A DNA stretch of 63,477 nt, the filler included, from Octopus bimaculoides (Eukaryota): NCBI RefSeq assembly GCF_001194135.2. It is 5 parts of 5 records of this genome, joined end to end, with 100 filler letters (N's around TTAATTAATTAA, not from the genome) between each part and the next. Parts side by side here need not be neighbours in the genome. Positions count along the whole stretch, not along the records: positions 1 to 27,792 come from NC_069001.1; positions 27,893 to 54,990 come from NC_068987.1; 3 more parts are not named here. One strand, written 5' to 3'. Both the position numbers and the translations under genes were made by a program. The notes beneath the pieces are model-generated. The model was not told where the DNA came from. It did not search any database and saw nothing but the letters and a program-made list of their open reading frames with translations. Positions 26,726 through 38,634 of the stretch are shown piece after piece (the stretch's first letter is position 1; each line of letters begins with the position of its first letter).

Positions 26726-27524
26726 TTAGAATAATAATTTAGCATGCGCCAACAAAACTTACAAAAATTGTAACATCTTTTAAGAATGGACACACGGTCC
26801 TTAAAAGTATGAAAAATGGACATATTATTTCGTATCAAAGAATGTATATAAAAAAATAAGACTAAATGACTCGTTAATTACACAAACGCTTAGGAAATGC
26901 TGATGATGATGATAATGTTGCTATGACAACGTCGATGACGACGACTGTAATATTAGCGATGGTGTTGAAAGCTAGATCTCCTGCATCTACATGCATCTTT
27001 ATTGAATTATTGTGAAAATTACAAACTGTTCCTATGTCGACAGGTTGCAATTTGTTCAGATCTTTTGTTTAGTAGTGAAGCAATGGGCGGTATCTCAGTA
27101 ACTCTTACGCAGGTTGATATTCACTTAGATTTAGAAACAAATGCCTTATGTAATATTGCTCATGTTTCGTTTCGATCTTCATTGTTTATTTCGATTTCCA
27201 TTTGCGTGCAGAATATTTATATTCTAGGTTTAACAGGACTTGACATGTTTTGAATGTAGCTATAGCAGATCTTTATGCTGATAATGTGATTATTGAAAAT
27301 GCATTTCTACATACGATTTATCTTGACGTATATTGCAGAAAAAATTCCAATACAGCAGATTCTTTTTTTTTCAAAAATCCTTGTTTCCCTGTGCAGAAGC
27401 ACACCTACACTAATATTTATATTTGTATGGAGAAATGTATGCATCTGTATATAGTGTTAAACAAATAGCGCAATGAACAATCAGGGAGTGGACATAAGAT
27501 ATTCGTTTTTTGTTCTATATACTA

Positions 27525-27690
27525 GGCACAAAGCTCGAAATTTTGGGGCTGGAGGTCAGTCGATTAGATCGTCCCCAGTACGAAACTGGTACTTAATTTA
27601 ATGACCCCCAAATAGATGAAAGGCAAATTCGACAGCTAAGCATTTTCGCTGGGCGTGCTAAAATAAATTTGTGCCAGCTCGCTGCCTTGT
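27525..27690 (-). mobile_element. SINE family A copy (deleted)
   Basis: CTGGTACTTAATTTAATGACCCC...GAAAGGCAAA...CCAGCTCGC. Confidence 0.6.
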
Positions 27691-28690
27691 GGGACGTGTG
27701 ATATTAATGCAACGTAGGTAGGCCTAACGGGTTTTGCCATATCTCACTCTAGATATATATACCCCCCTCTCTCTCTCTGTGTATATAAATAANNNNNNNN
27801 NNNNNNNNNNNNNNNNNNNNNNNNNNNNNNNNNNNNTTAATTAATTAANNNNNNNNNNNNNNNNNNNNNNNNNNNNNNNNNNNNNNNNNNNNTATATATA
27901 TATACATACATATATATATACATATATATACACACACATATATATATGTATATATATACATATATATACATACATATTTATTTATATCTAGAATATGGGG
28001 GTTTAGTTCACTGGTGATCTAAACGAATAGGTACTGGGTAAGTGCTGTAACGGATTATCAGGGCTCCAAGCTTGTAACTGAGATAGCAGCGATGGAACCA
28101 TTTTAGGTCTCCGATTTAGCAGATATATACGTGGGAAAGAGGACTACAAACACCAAGGCATAACAAGCATCTCAAGTCATATATACTATTATTCTTAAAT
28201 TAGTTGAGGTTTTGTTATACTTTGGCGTACACCTGTCTATATATCTGCGTTGCAAATAAATACATATAAAACTGCAAACGTAAGAAGGAAAAAAGAAAAG
28301 AAGAAGAAAGGAGGGAGGGAATAATAATGAGGGCGATACGAGACAGTGGCGGTAGGGGGCGGAAGGAGAAAGTAAAAGAAAGAATTAAAGGATAGAGACA
28401 AGACAGAGAAAGTGGGCGAAAAGCATCTGGTGTTTGGTATATTTATGGACGCCGTTGTTGCTAGTACAGCTAGCAACAAGTGTAGGGAGGTGGGGGGGTA
28501 AAATATATAATAGAACTGATAATCAAAAATGAATATAAATAAGAAAATATAATTCTATATGTATATACACACACATACATATATGTGCATATATGTATAT
28601 ATATACATGCACACATATATATAAATACACACATACAAACACAGGAAAACATAGAAATACTTACATATATTTATATATATACATACATAC

Positions 28691-28749
<59 letters not shown>

Positions 28750-28948
28750 GTTATGAGCGGTAGAGGTGTCAGGTAATGCTGAATAAGTGCTATGGATAGA
28801 CCATAGTTAAGCTCAGGTTCGCTGATTATGCGAATAAGGGGTCCGACGTAGGTCATATATCAGCGTGTGTATATAAAGATTTATTTTTCGTAATGAGATA
28901 AAAAAAAAACCAAGGCTGTGTAGATTTTAGAACATTTATAAATAGAAG

Positions 28949-28996
28949 GTCTTACGGCTGTTTCCAGGATATTTATTATATCCCTTCATCAGAGAC
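28949..28996 (-). ncRNA. Type I hammerhead ribozyme motif (second family), intact core
   Basis: GUCU-CUGAUGA-A-GGGAUAU-AAUAA-AUAUCCU-G-GAAAC-AGCC-GUA-AGAC. Stem I is GUCU/AGAC, stem II is 7 bp, and the triplet is GUA. Confidence 0.65.
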
Positions 28997-29260
28997 GGTG
29001 TGAGAAGATGGTTAAGTAATAGTTGATTTAGATAAAGAGTAAATTTGAGGAACGAGAATAGATGCGAAATATACAGGGATATTGTATTTGTAAATCTATT
29101 ATTTAGGCAGAATGGTATACATATAAGATTCCAATACCTTATGAGTAAAATCCAATAATCTTTAAGATTGGTCATTCCAAGTATAGAGTTTATACACAGT
29201 ATCATTGAATCAAGGGTTTATTTATCTAAATTAACTATTGCTTAACCATCTTCTCACACC

Positions 29261-29308
29261 GTCTCCGATGAAGGGATATAATAAATATCCTGGAAACAGC
29301 TGTAAGAC
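29261..29308 (+). ncRNA. Hammerhead motif (second family), U4C core mutant
   Basis: GUCU-CCGAUGA-AGGGAUAUAAUAAAUAUCCUG-GAAAC-AGCU-GUA-AGAC; stem III is the palindrome ACAGCUGU. Confidence 0.5.
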
Positions 29309-29370
29309 CTATTTATAAATGTTCTAAAATCTACACAGCCTTGGTTTTTTTATCTCATTACGAAAAGTAA

Positions 29371-29438
<68 letters not shown>

Positions 29439-30163
29439 ATTCAAAACTGTTTGATTCACATTCGTTGGTGCACTTGAGTTTCAAGCGTGATGCTAGTCGT
29501 CAGCCATTTTGAATTTGAATAACAGAAGCTGATTGTTATAAGCGTAAGCCGGGCTGCGATTGATCGAGGATTGGTCGAGGAAGGTCACGAAGAAGGATTC
29601 GATGTTGGTCTATGGGTAAAAGTTAGCTGGAAAATACGGCATGGTGAACCGGAAATTGAGCACGTGGAGGACAGGAAATAGACTACGTGGCAGATATGAA
29701 ATCAGTCAGGTTGTTGGAGGGAAGCAGGAAGGGCGGCATGTGCAAGTTTATGGTTTTATATGTGGGTGTATATATTCATGCGTATTCATTCATATGTACA
29801 TATGTATGTATATTCGCATGCATGTACACATGCTTACCAGTATGCGTGCATACACGAATGCCCGTGCACATCGAGGCAGAAATTAATAGCAGGCTTGAAC
29901 AGGCTTTAAACATACTAAAACACTGAAGAAATTTAAAGAAAGTTCTAGATAACTCAATATACTACCCAAAGATGGGTGGGAAAGGAAGGATAGAAGCACA
30001 TATTCTAAACTCAAGAAATACACGGCCTTCCATAATCAAACTAGTATATATTCTATCTACCTTCTACTACCCAGCATAAACAACATAGCCAAGGAAATAA
30101 ATATATGAATAACTAAAACATTCTTTTACATGCACTTGAAAATAATGTTATGAAGTACCCAAC

Positions 30164-31196
30164 TATTGGATTGTCCAGAAAGTTCTAAGCGTTTTAAAGC
30201 TAAATATTTTAATGCTTAATTGAACACACCTGAAACGTAACAAAGTTAAAACTTTGGCGTTGTTTGAAGTGGCAGTGCTTCTCTTCTTTGTTCCTGACTA
30301 AAAATAGACTTATTTTTCATTCCGATTACGCTTTATTGACATTTGAAATGGATAACCAAAAATTTCATATTCGCGTTGTAATGCTTTTCTTTTAAAAACA
30401 AAAATGAAGAAAATGCTACAAAGACTTGCAAAAACATTTGTGAAGTTTATGGTGAGGAATCAACTATTCGAAGTTGGTTTGTAAAATTTAACGCTGGAGA
30501 GTTTAGCTTGGAAGATGGCAGATGAGCTTGGAAGATGAGTTTAGCTTGGCAGTCTCAGTGGAAGACTTTCAAAATTGAATGAAGATGTTTTGAAAGCAAA
30601 AATCAAAGAAAACTCAAATATTACGATTGGAGAACTTACAGAGGAGTTGGAAGTTTCCAAAAGTGCGGCTCATGAACACCTAGTGAAGTTAGGATACATT
30701 TCTCTCAATAATGTATAAGTCTCTCACAAACTCTCAGAAAAGAGTTGCTTGGACCGGTATTCCGTTTGTGATATACTTTTGAAACGAAATGAAAGCATGC
30801 CTTTTTTGAAACAAATTGTGATTGGAGATGAAAAATGGATTGCGTACGAAAACGTAGTGCGGAAAAGATCCTGGAGTTTGCGTAAGGATCCCCCTAAAAG
30901 CAACCAAGGACGAATATCCATGCCAAAAAAGCTATGCTTTGTATTTGGTGGGATCATAAAGGCATTATTTATTATGAGCTTCTCTCACAAAACCAAACCA
31001 TTAATTCTGATGTGTACTGTCACCAGCTGGCTAATTTGAGTAAAAAAAATCAAAGAACTAAGGCTGGAGATTGCCAACAGGAAAGGGGTAGTGTTCCAAC
31101 AAGACAAAGATAATGCCCGACCACATGTGTCTTTGGCTACCCGACCCGAACAAAGTTACTTGAATTTAGATGGGATCTCTTACCCTATCCACTGTA
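30164..31196 (+). mobile_element. Mariner (DD34D) DNA transposon, 3'-truncated pseudogene
   Basis: TA followed by a TIR-like start TTGGATTGTCCAGAAAGTT. Stitched protein: MDNQKFHIRVVML...NICEVYGE...WFVKFNAGEFSLED...FLKQIVIGDEKWIAYENV...MLCIWWDHKGIIYYELL...VVFQQD..NARPHVS...LPYP. Confidence 0.9.
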
Positions 31197-31267
31197 CGAC
31201 ACTAATAGCTTACGAGTGAAATTTAGGATTTCTCGATTTTCGGTGAATCGATTTTGATAAAACCTTT

Positions 31268-32655
31268 CCCAGCTGGTTTTCACACTATAGCAACACCATT
31301 ATTATGTTTTCATTATTCTGTGTAATGTTCTTTCTTTTTTTTTTTTTTCAGATTCTTCAGTTTTTTTTGTTTTGTTTTTTGTGAACCACACGAATAGCTT
31401 CTGAATGAAAGTAGCCTATCTAGACATGTTTTTTTTTTCAGAAAATGGAGGTTAACGATACATATTAAGCATCCATTGAGCATATATTTAACAGAAAACT
31501 ATAATAATATTATAACATTTATTGACATAATGAATTATGTAGCCATATCAGCACCATTTCGACGATAACTTCAGAAACTCTATTAGTCATGGAATTTGTA
31601 AATTTCTAAATAGTTGCAGGTTAGACTGCCTCTGCTGCAGTTTTGATAGTCTCCATAAGACATCTTTCGACATAAATTGAAATCCATCGGCATAAACATT
31701 TTCTTTAGTGATGGACCAAAGATTTTCGATAGGGTTGAGACCCGGAGATGTTAGTGGCCACACTATCAACTTTTCACCTTGCTTGCTGTAAGACCCTAGG
31801 AACGTTTGAGTGGTCCTAGCAAAGTGGGAGAGAGCATTGTCATATATGAATACGAGATTCCTTAGAAGTGATAGCAGTATATCATCTAACCAGGAATCCA
31901 GGACATCCTTCGGGAGAATGCAATTGGCGGCTGCTGTCACTTTAACCTCTTCAGGCACCTGACTGGACCAACAAGTCTGTCCCCAATGATACCATCCCAC
32001 AACATGACTCCTCCACCCTGTTGTTAACGTCATAAGCTTTGGTGACGCTCATCTCCAAAGTAGACCCAACTATTTTCCCAACAGTTAGGTTTGTCAAGGG
32101 TCACAATGGTTTCGTCAGTAAACAGGACATAACTCATGTTTAACTTCATGTACTTTTAGGCCCATTGAAGGCACAAATTCATGTGAGGCGGTAGTTTCAG
32201 GGATTTTCGCACGGAATCTATGGTCCCGAGGATGCGATTTCTAGTGGTTTTCGGTACATGACTAAGTCCGGAGGCTGTGAAAATGGCTTTGCTTGTCTGT
32301 CCCAGTTTCTCACGTAACTTGCAACCAATATTCCTTAAATCCCTAGATATCACAGTCTTGGCGGTCCCACAAGCCAATCGTTTTTACCTTGGCGTTCATG
32401 TGGCTAAATAATTTCATTATATCTATAAATGTTATAATATAATTATCGTTTTCTGTTAAATATATACTCAATGTATGCTTAAAATGTATCATTAACCTTC
32501 ATCTTCTGAAAAAATATCTAGACGGCTAACATCATTCAAAAGCTATTAACGTGATTCACCCAAAAACTGAAGAATCAAAAACAAAAAAGAAAGAACGTTA
32601 CACAATAATGAAAACATAACAATGGTGTTGTCATAGTGTGTAAACCAGCTGGGTG
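31268..32655 (-). mobile_element. Tc1-like (DD34E) DNA transposon with long (~270 bp) terminal inverted repeats
   Basis: 31268-31545 is the reverse complement of 32400-32655 (CCCAGCTGGTTT.CACACTAT..CAACACCATT...), with TA after the right end. Transposase remnants include VLFTDET, FIYDNALSH and WPLTSPGLNPIENLWS. Confidence 0.88.
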
Positions 32656-33114
32656 TATATGTGTGTGTGTGTGTGCGGATGTGTGTGTGTATGTGCGTAT
32701 GTGTGTGTGTGTNNNNNNNNNNNNNNNNNNNNNNNNNNNNNNNNNNNNNNNNNNNNNNNNNNNNNNNNNNNNNNNNNNNNNNNNNNNNNNNNNNNNNNNN
32801 NNNNNNNNNNNNNNNNNNNNNNNNNNNNNNNNNNNNNNNNNNNNNNNNNNNNNNNNNNNNNNNNNNNNNNNNNNNNNNNNNNNNNNNNNNNNNNNNNNNN
32901 NNNNNNNNNNNNNNNNNNNNNNNNNNNNNNNNNNNNNNNNNNNNNNNNNNNNNNNNNNNNNNNNNNNNNNNNNNNNNNNNNNNNNNNNNNNNNNNNNNNN
33001 NNNNNNNNNNNNNNNNNNNNNNNNNNNNNNNNNNNNNNNNNNNNNNNNNNNNNNNNNNNNNNNNNNNNNNNNNNNNNNNNNNNNNNNNNNNNNNNNNNNN
33101 NNNNNNNNNNNNNN

Positions 33115-33338
33115 CGAGCTTTTTTGATTTTCCGATTGCATGCAAATGGTTTCAGACAGTTTTCTCGTTAACTTTAAAAGTTCTTTTGCCACGGCTTTTT
33201 AATTGACCGTCATCGATGACAGACGGGCGTCCACTACGCTCACGATCTTCAAGGCTCAGGTCCTCCACTGCCAAATCGTTTAAACCATTTTCGAGCTGAC
33301 CACTCACTGGTCATTTCCTCACCAAACGTTTCTTTGCA
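33115..33338 (-). mobile_element. Mariner transposase continuation (3' piece of the split mariner), running into an N gap
   Basis: Translates KETFGEEMTSEWSARKWFKRFGSGDLSLEDRERSGRPSVIDD...HLHAIGKSKKL, which is the sequence that directly follows AAETA in mariner transposases. Confidence 0.8.
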
Positions 33339-33563
33339 TTTTTTTTTAATTTCCTATTACAGGCGCACATAGAGGGGACAATGCAATATGATCTGGGGGT
33401 CATATACATCAAATAGTGATAAAAATGTTAAATGACAAAATGAAAAAACGAATGGGACACAAGAGACAATTACATACAATGAAAGACAATATGGGGTTTC
33501 GAATACAGGTATGCTCCAACCCTGTCTTCTCTACTGACACCTTTGGTATTCTCTATGACGTGC

Positions 33564-35997
33564 TCACGCAGGGCCGTTCACTCCCAACATATGTGCTACA
33601 CGCGTCCATCTTTTTTCAACATACTCGCTGACAGACACCTCCTTTCTAGCCTCACCTTCCTTTTCAGGTGAGAAGTGAAAACATTCACCAGAGTGAGACC
33701 GGAAATGAAGCTGTCTGCCACAATACCTTTCATTCTCGACTTCCATATCACCGCTCTAGCAATTGTTACTACTACGAGGAAACAATTCTTACCTTCTTCC
33801 GTAAAGAAATCCGGTGGATTAATTTTTAGAATTGACTCAGATGATAGCTGTACTCTTCTTCCATCTGACAACAGGTGTTCTGCATAAGTCCACACTTCTG
33901 ATACACTCGGACACTGAAAAATAGCGTACAGGACAGTTTCCACATCCCGCTCGCATCTTGGACAGGCCGACGGCCCAGGGTAGCCGTGTCTGGTGAACTT
34001 ATCCCGAACGGGTGGGTCTCCTAGGTAACACTACCAGGCCAAAGACTTTTGGAAGTTATCCAGTGTCTTCGGCCCGAATGTTCTTCGGAACAAACTGTCT
34101 AACTGATTATCATCGAGACCCAGGGTCCTTCCCAGGGCATTATCATTTCCAGCCTCTACCAACCTACTATAGTAAGCCGCGGTGGTACCGAAACCGTTGG
34201 CGTTGCCCGAGTTGCGGAACTGGAGAAGTGCCTTGCGGCACTCCGTATACCAGGTACCCAACCTCGATCTTCGGCGAAACCAGTTTTCTCTACCATCAAA
34301 ACTAGTAAAGCTGGGGAACATCCGTTTAGCGAACGGAGACCACNNNNNNNNNNNNNNNNNNNNNNNNNNNNNNNNNNNNNNNNNNNNNNNNNNNNNNNNN
34401 NNNNNNNNNNNNNNNNNNNNNNNNNNNNNNNNNNNNNNNNNNNNNNNNNNNNNNNNNNNNNNNNNNNNNNNNNNNNNNNNNNNNNNNNNNNNNNNNNNNN
34501 NNNNNNNNNNNNNNNNNNNNNNNNNNNNNNNNNNNNNNNNNNNNNNNNNNNNNNNNNNNNNNNNNNNNNNNNNNNNNNNNNNNNNNNNNNNNNNNNNNNN
34601 NNNNNNNNNNNNNNNNNNNNNNNNNNNNNNNNNNNNNNNNNNNNNNNNNNNNNNNNNNNNNNNNNNNNNNNNNNNNNNNNNNNNNNNNNNNNNNNNNNNN
34701 NNNNNNNNNNNNNNNNNNNNNNNNNNNNNNNNNNNNNNNNNNNNNNNNNNNNNNNNNNNNNNNNNNNNNNNNNNNNNNNNNNNNNNNNNNNNNNNNNNNN
34801 NNNNNNNNNNNNNNNNNNNNNNNNNNNNNNNNNNNNNNNNNNNNNNNNNNNNNNNNNNNNNNNNNNNNNCCCTCCGTCCAGCGTCCCACGACGCTATTCG
34901 AAGGCATCGACTTGCCCCTCCAGGTGCCGAGCTGCAAGCCGACCGACTTTTCCCAATTAATTTTTGCTCCTGCTACCGTCTCGTAAACCTTGATGGTTTC
35001 GCCTACTTTCTGTAGGTGTTCCTTCTTGGTCACGATGATAGTGATGTCGTCTGTGTACGGTGTAACCGATCCTCCACCTTCTGGATTCGTCGGGATGCCA
35101 CTCAGCTTTCGCAGCAATGGCTCGCAGGCCACTACGTATAAAAGCAGAGAGAGTGAACACCCTTGGCAAACCGACCGCTTGATGCAGAACGGTTTTGAAA
35201 GAAAGCCGTTCACCCGAACGATCGAGTCGATGTTGTTGTACAACTGTATGATCCACTTGAGGAAACCAAGACCCAGTCTGAACTGCACGAGAACAGAAGC
35301 CAGGGAACGATGGTCTAACCTATCGAATGCTTTAGCTTGGTCTAAATGGACCAGTGCCCCACCTTTGCAAGAATCATTACCATGCCCTTGTAGCGTATAA
35401 GATGAAGATTATCCTGGATGATTCTACCGGGGACAACACGGGTTTGTGCCCCCCCGATCACGCCATCCACGACACGCTTCTTTTTGCTAGAACTTTGGCC
35501 AAAATCTTCATCTCTGCGTTCAGTAGAGTGATGGGCCTAAACTTATCTATCCTATCCCCCTTGTCAGGGTCCTTCCTGACCAGCGTCACCACTCCCCGGC
35601 GCACAGATCTGGTAATCCACCCATTCTGTTGCCAGTTTGTGTAAACGCTAACCAGTACGTGCCTGAACAAGTCTGGCATACTTTTATATAGCTCGTAAAG
35701 TAGACCATCGAGTCCCGGCACCTTACCACCGCCGCAGTCAGCTATGGCCCCAATCACTTCCTCATGTGTGATCGACATTTCATAGCTCTCCGCATCCTGC
35801 CCCAAGAGACGCAGCAGTCCAGCGAGGAAGTCCGTAATGTCTGTCCTATCCGGTCCATCGCTCCCACCGAAAAGCTGGACGAAGTGCTCCGGAAAATTCC
35901 GACACATCTCGTGTTCGTTTATCAACTCACCTTGCGAATACACCAAAGATCGAATTATTGAATTGTTTCCACGTGAACCTCCACAACACGTGCCCAT
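33564..35997 (-). pseudogene. Tx1 E1 ORF2, reverse transcriptase and C-terminal region (frameshifted; gap at 34344-34869)
   Basis: PGLDGL, FRPITLLNAEMKILAKVLAKR, VCQGCSLSLLLY (QG-PLSP box) and YTDD (YADD box). C-terminus reads ETVLYAIFQCP...IWKSRMKG...HLKRKVRLER, and KRWTRVAHMLGVNG after a frameshift. Confidence 0.9.
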
Positions 35998-37076
35998 CCA
36001 GCGGCCTTGATTTCTTCGCTTCCCATTGCACGAAGTCTAGCTCTGACGATACATCCCATGTGCTTGGCTTCGAGGTGCTGTTTTAACTCCAGTCTCTTCA
36101 CCTTCACCTGAGATGCATCGCCACTTCTCATGGCTTCCACTAGGAACTTAACTAATTCAATTTCCTTCCTACGCCCTCTAGCCACTAAACCTGCACTATA
36201 TCGAATTGGCTCAAATTTAATGGCTCTTTTGAGGGCGTACCACCATTTGTTATTAATAATGGAACCGATCAACGCCCTCTGTATTAATAACTTAATCCGG
36301 ATCCTGTACTCCTCAATCGCCAAAAGAGACTTATTGAGTTTCCAGTAGCCGGATCCCTTACTACATAACTTATCTAGGTACAGTTTACAAGTGACGATCT
36401 TGTGGTCGCTGTAACTGGCCAGGTGATATTGTGAACACGTAACTATATCTTTATCTAGTTTTCTAATAAAAATCCGGTCTATGTAAGACCTAGAAGACCC
36501 ATCGCTATTTGACCATGTCCACAATGGAGCGTCTGGGAATTCCAGTCTGTAAGGATCTACTAGCTGAAAGCGATTTAGTAGATACCGGAAGCCAGTGTTA
36601 GATCTATTAGTGTTTGAGCCAACACTATCCATGCATGCATCGGGGATAGTGTTAAAGTCTCCTAACACAATTAATGGACGTGATGTGCCCAGAAATCTCT
36701 CCACATCTCGATAATAATCAGTCTGACTCGAATTTGGTGCATAAACAGCGACGACCAGCCTGATTTCCTTACCACAACTGAACGTCAGGTCTAAAACGAC
36801 CAGCCTACATTCTGGGTCAGAAAAAATTAACTTTTTCTCTGAAACTCGGTTTCTTTTAAGTAAGACCAACACCCCACCCCAGCACCCCGGCCGGCCTAGA
36901 GAAATGAATTTCTCGTAGCCTTTCAGGAGCGGGAGCAGATCTCTTGGCCCTTTTAACCGAGTTTCAGTACCAACAATTACATCTAAACATTGTGACCTAA
37001 CGTCATTTAGGAAACGTCTTTGTTTCCAGCTCGACGCCAGGCCATACACATTTATGCATCCTGCGTGAACAGCCAT
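35955..37076 (-). pseudogene. Tx1 E1 ORF2, apurinic-like endonuclease (APE) domain
   Basis: Motifs CINVYGL, VIVGTET, VAVYAPN, LIVLGDFN, WTW, SYIDRIFI, SDHKIV and GYWKLNKSLL, typical of L1/Tx1 EEP endonucleases. Confidence 0.9.
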
Positions 37077-37089
37077 AAAAAACTTACCG

Positions 37090-38443
37090 TTTTAATTGGT
37101 GTCTGGAGGCGGGTGCCCCCCGCCACCTCTTCTTTTTCCCGGGCTCGTGGCGTCGGAGAGATGAGGCCAACATCTTTTCTAAAGTCATTCACCAAAATAT
37201 TATAGGTCTTCCGACTTGTCTTGTAAATTTCATAACCTTTTTTTTGTTTTCCGGNNNNNNNNNNNNNNNNNNNNNNNNNNNNNNNNNNNNNNNNNNNNNN
37301 NNNNNNNNNNNNNNNNNNNNNNNNNNNNNNNNNNNNNNNNNGGCAGCGGCTTTCTTCTTCGTTTTTCTTATCTGGTTTCCTCGCTTTTTTCTTTTTCTTT
37401 TTCAGGGTAGTGTGGTTTCAATATACTCTTGGTCTGGACAAGAGACCACACTTCCCCTTTTTTTGGCATTGGTGTCGCTTGTGACGACGTCTCTGGTTCA
37501 TTTTCAGCAGTCTCCTTCTCCACTTCTTTTTTTTCGGCTTCTTTCGGTTTGCAATCTGCCCTGAGATGGCCCTTCTTTCCACACTGGAAGCATTGAGGCT
37601 GGCGACTTTCTACCATCACTACCAGACAGGTCTCACCGATCTCGGTGATTTCGGTTATTTCTTCAAGCGTGGTCTACTCTGCCTGTATAATTATCCGCAC
37701 GCTTTCATCGTGCCAGTTGCGTGGCTCCATCACGGCAGCGTCTAAAACTGTAATCTTTTCCTCCAGGCCCGTCGTCACTGCCGCGATGAGCCACTCTGGG
37801 TCCACGTCAGGGGAAATAATATTTATTCTAGACGTCCTTCTACCCATGTATCTGGACAGAAGCACCACTTCCTCTGTCTTCAAAGGATCTACAGAATGGA
37901 GCCGGGCTACTTCTTCCAATTCCATTCTGACCTCAATTGTTGCGTATCTTCTTCCTCTTGAGATGTATTTTATTTTATGTCAAATCGGTTTTAAGCACTT
38001 TTCAATTTCGGCTTCCACCACGTAGTCTATCTTTTTCTCCTTTACTTTATATGTTTTGAAAATTATAGTTTTTTTTTTCTCAACTTCTTGTATCTCCTTT
38101 GGGGGAGGGGACTACATTGGTTTCATGCCCTTCCCTTGTTAGCATTTGTCTATGTTTTTCTATGTTTGCTAGGTTAATTTTATTCACTTTTGCACCCGCC
38201 GCAGTGGCGAAGTCCAGTTGCTTCTTAGCCTTTTGTTTTTTTTTCTTCCACTTTCTCTTTCGTCAACAGACTTGGAGATCCTACATTTTTCCTCGACGTT
38301 GCTGGTTTTATGTGTGGTTTATTTTTCTCCATTCTCAGGCTCTCCTCGTCAGAAACTTCAATAAATGTTTCAACATTTTTCTCTATTTCTTCCTCACTTA
38401 TAGTCTTCCTCTCCTCGATGCTCTGCTACTTTAAGCTAGCCAT
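37090..38443 (-). pseudogene. Tx1 E1 ORF1 (nucleic-acid-binding protein with zinc knuckle), disrupted
   Basis: Stitched translation from ATG at 38443: MASLK*...DFATAAGAKV...REGHETNVVPPP...YISRGRRYATIEVRM...PEWLIAAV...VESRQPQCFQCGKKGHLRADC, followed by a Lys/Glu-rich tail. Covers ORF-track entries 37674-37925 and 37368-37619. Confidence 0.8.
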
Positions 38444-38634
38444 ACTTTAGGCTTCCCCACACGGGGGAAAACAATAATTGTTTTCGCAAACAATCAAAAA
38501 ACAATGTTCAATAAATGCTTTAACAATAACAATAAACTTTAACATCTTCCTCCTCAAACACAGCAACACAATCCAACAAGGCACAAAAATACAACACAGC
38601 AAAGCACAATTTCCGAAGCAAACGGTTCGTTGCG

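Larger units (their letters stand above)
28879..29372. mobile_element. Penelope-like inverted terminal-repeat structure (~155-bp arms, 184-bp spacer), each arm with a hammerhead motif
   Basis: 28879-29036 and 29221-29372 are inverted copies differing by 5 transitions, a 3-nt indel and T-run length. Hammerhead cores are present, as is typical of Penelope pLTRs. No RT or GIY-YIG coding sequence was seen, so the Penelope assignment is an inference. Confidence 0.6.
33339..38634 (-). mobile_element. Near full-length, inactivated Tx1 (L1-clade) non-LTR retrotransposon (element E1): 5'UTR, ORF1, ORF2, 3'UTR, A tail
   Basis: Minus strand carries a gag-like ORF1 with CCHC knuckle (CFQCGKKGHLRADC), then APE endonuclease, RT and a C-terminal region, ending in an A-rich tail (T run 33339-33347 on +). 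It has multiple stops and frameshifts and two internal N gaps. Confidence 0.9.

Noticed and set aside
27837-27848. TTAATTAATTAA islands inside N runs (also 55035-55046, 57143-57154 and 60695-60706)
   Set aside because: Where counted, each is flanked by 44 N on both sides (100 bp in total) and has stops in all six frames. This is an assembly gap spacer, not biology.
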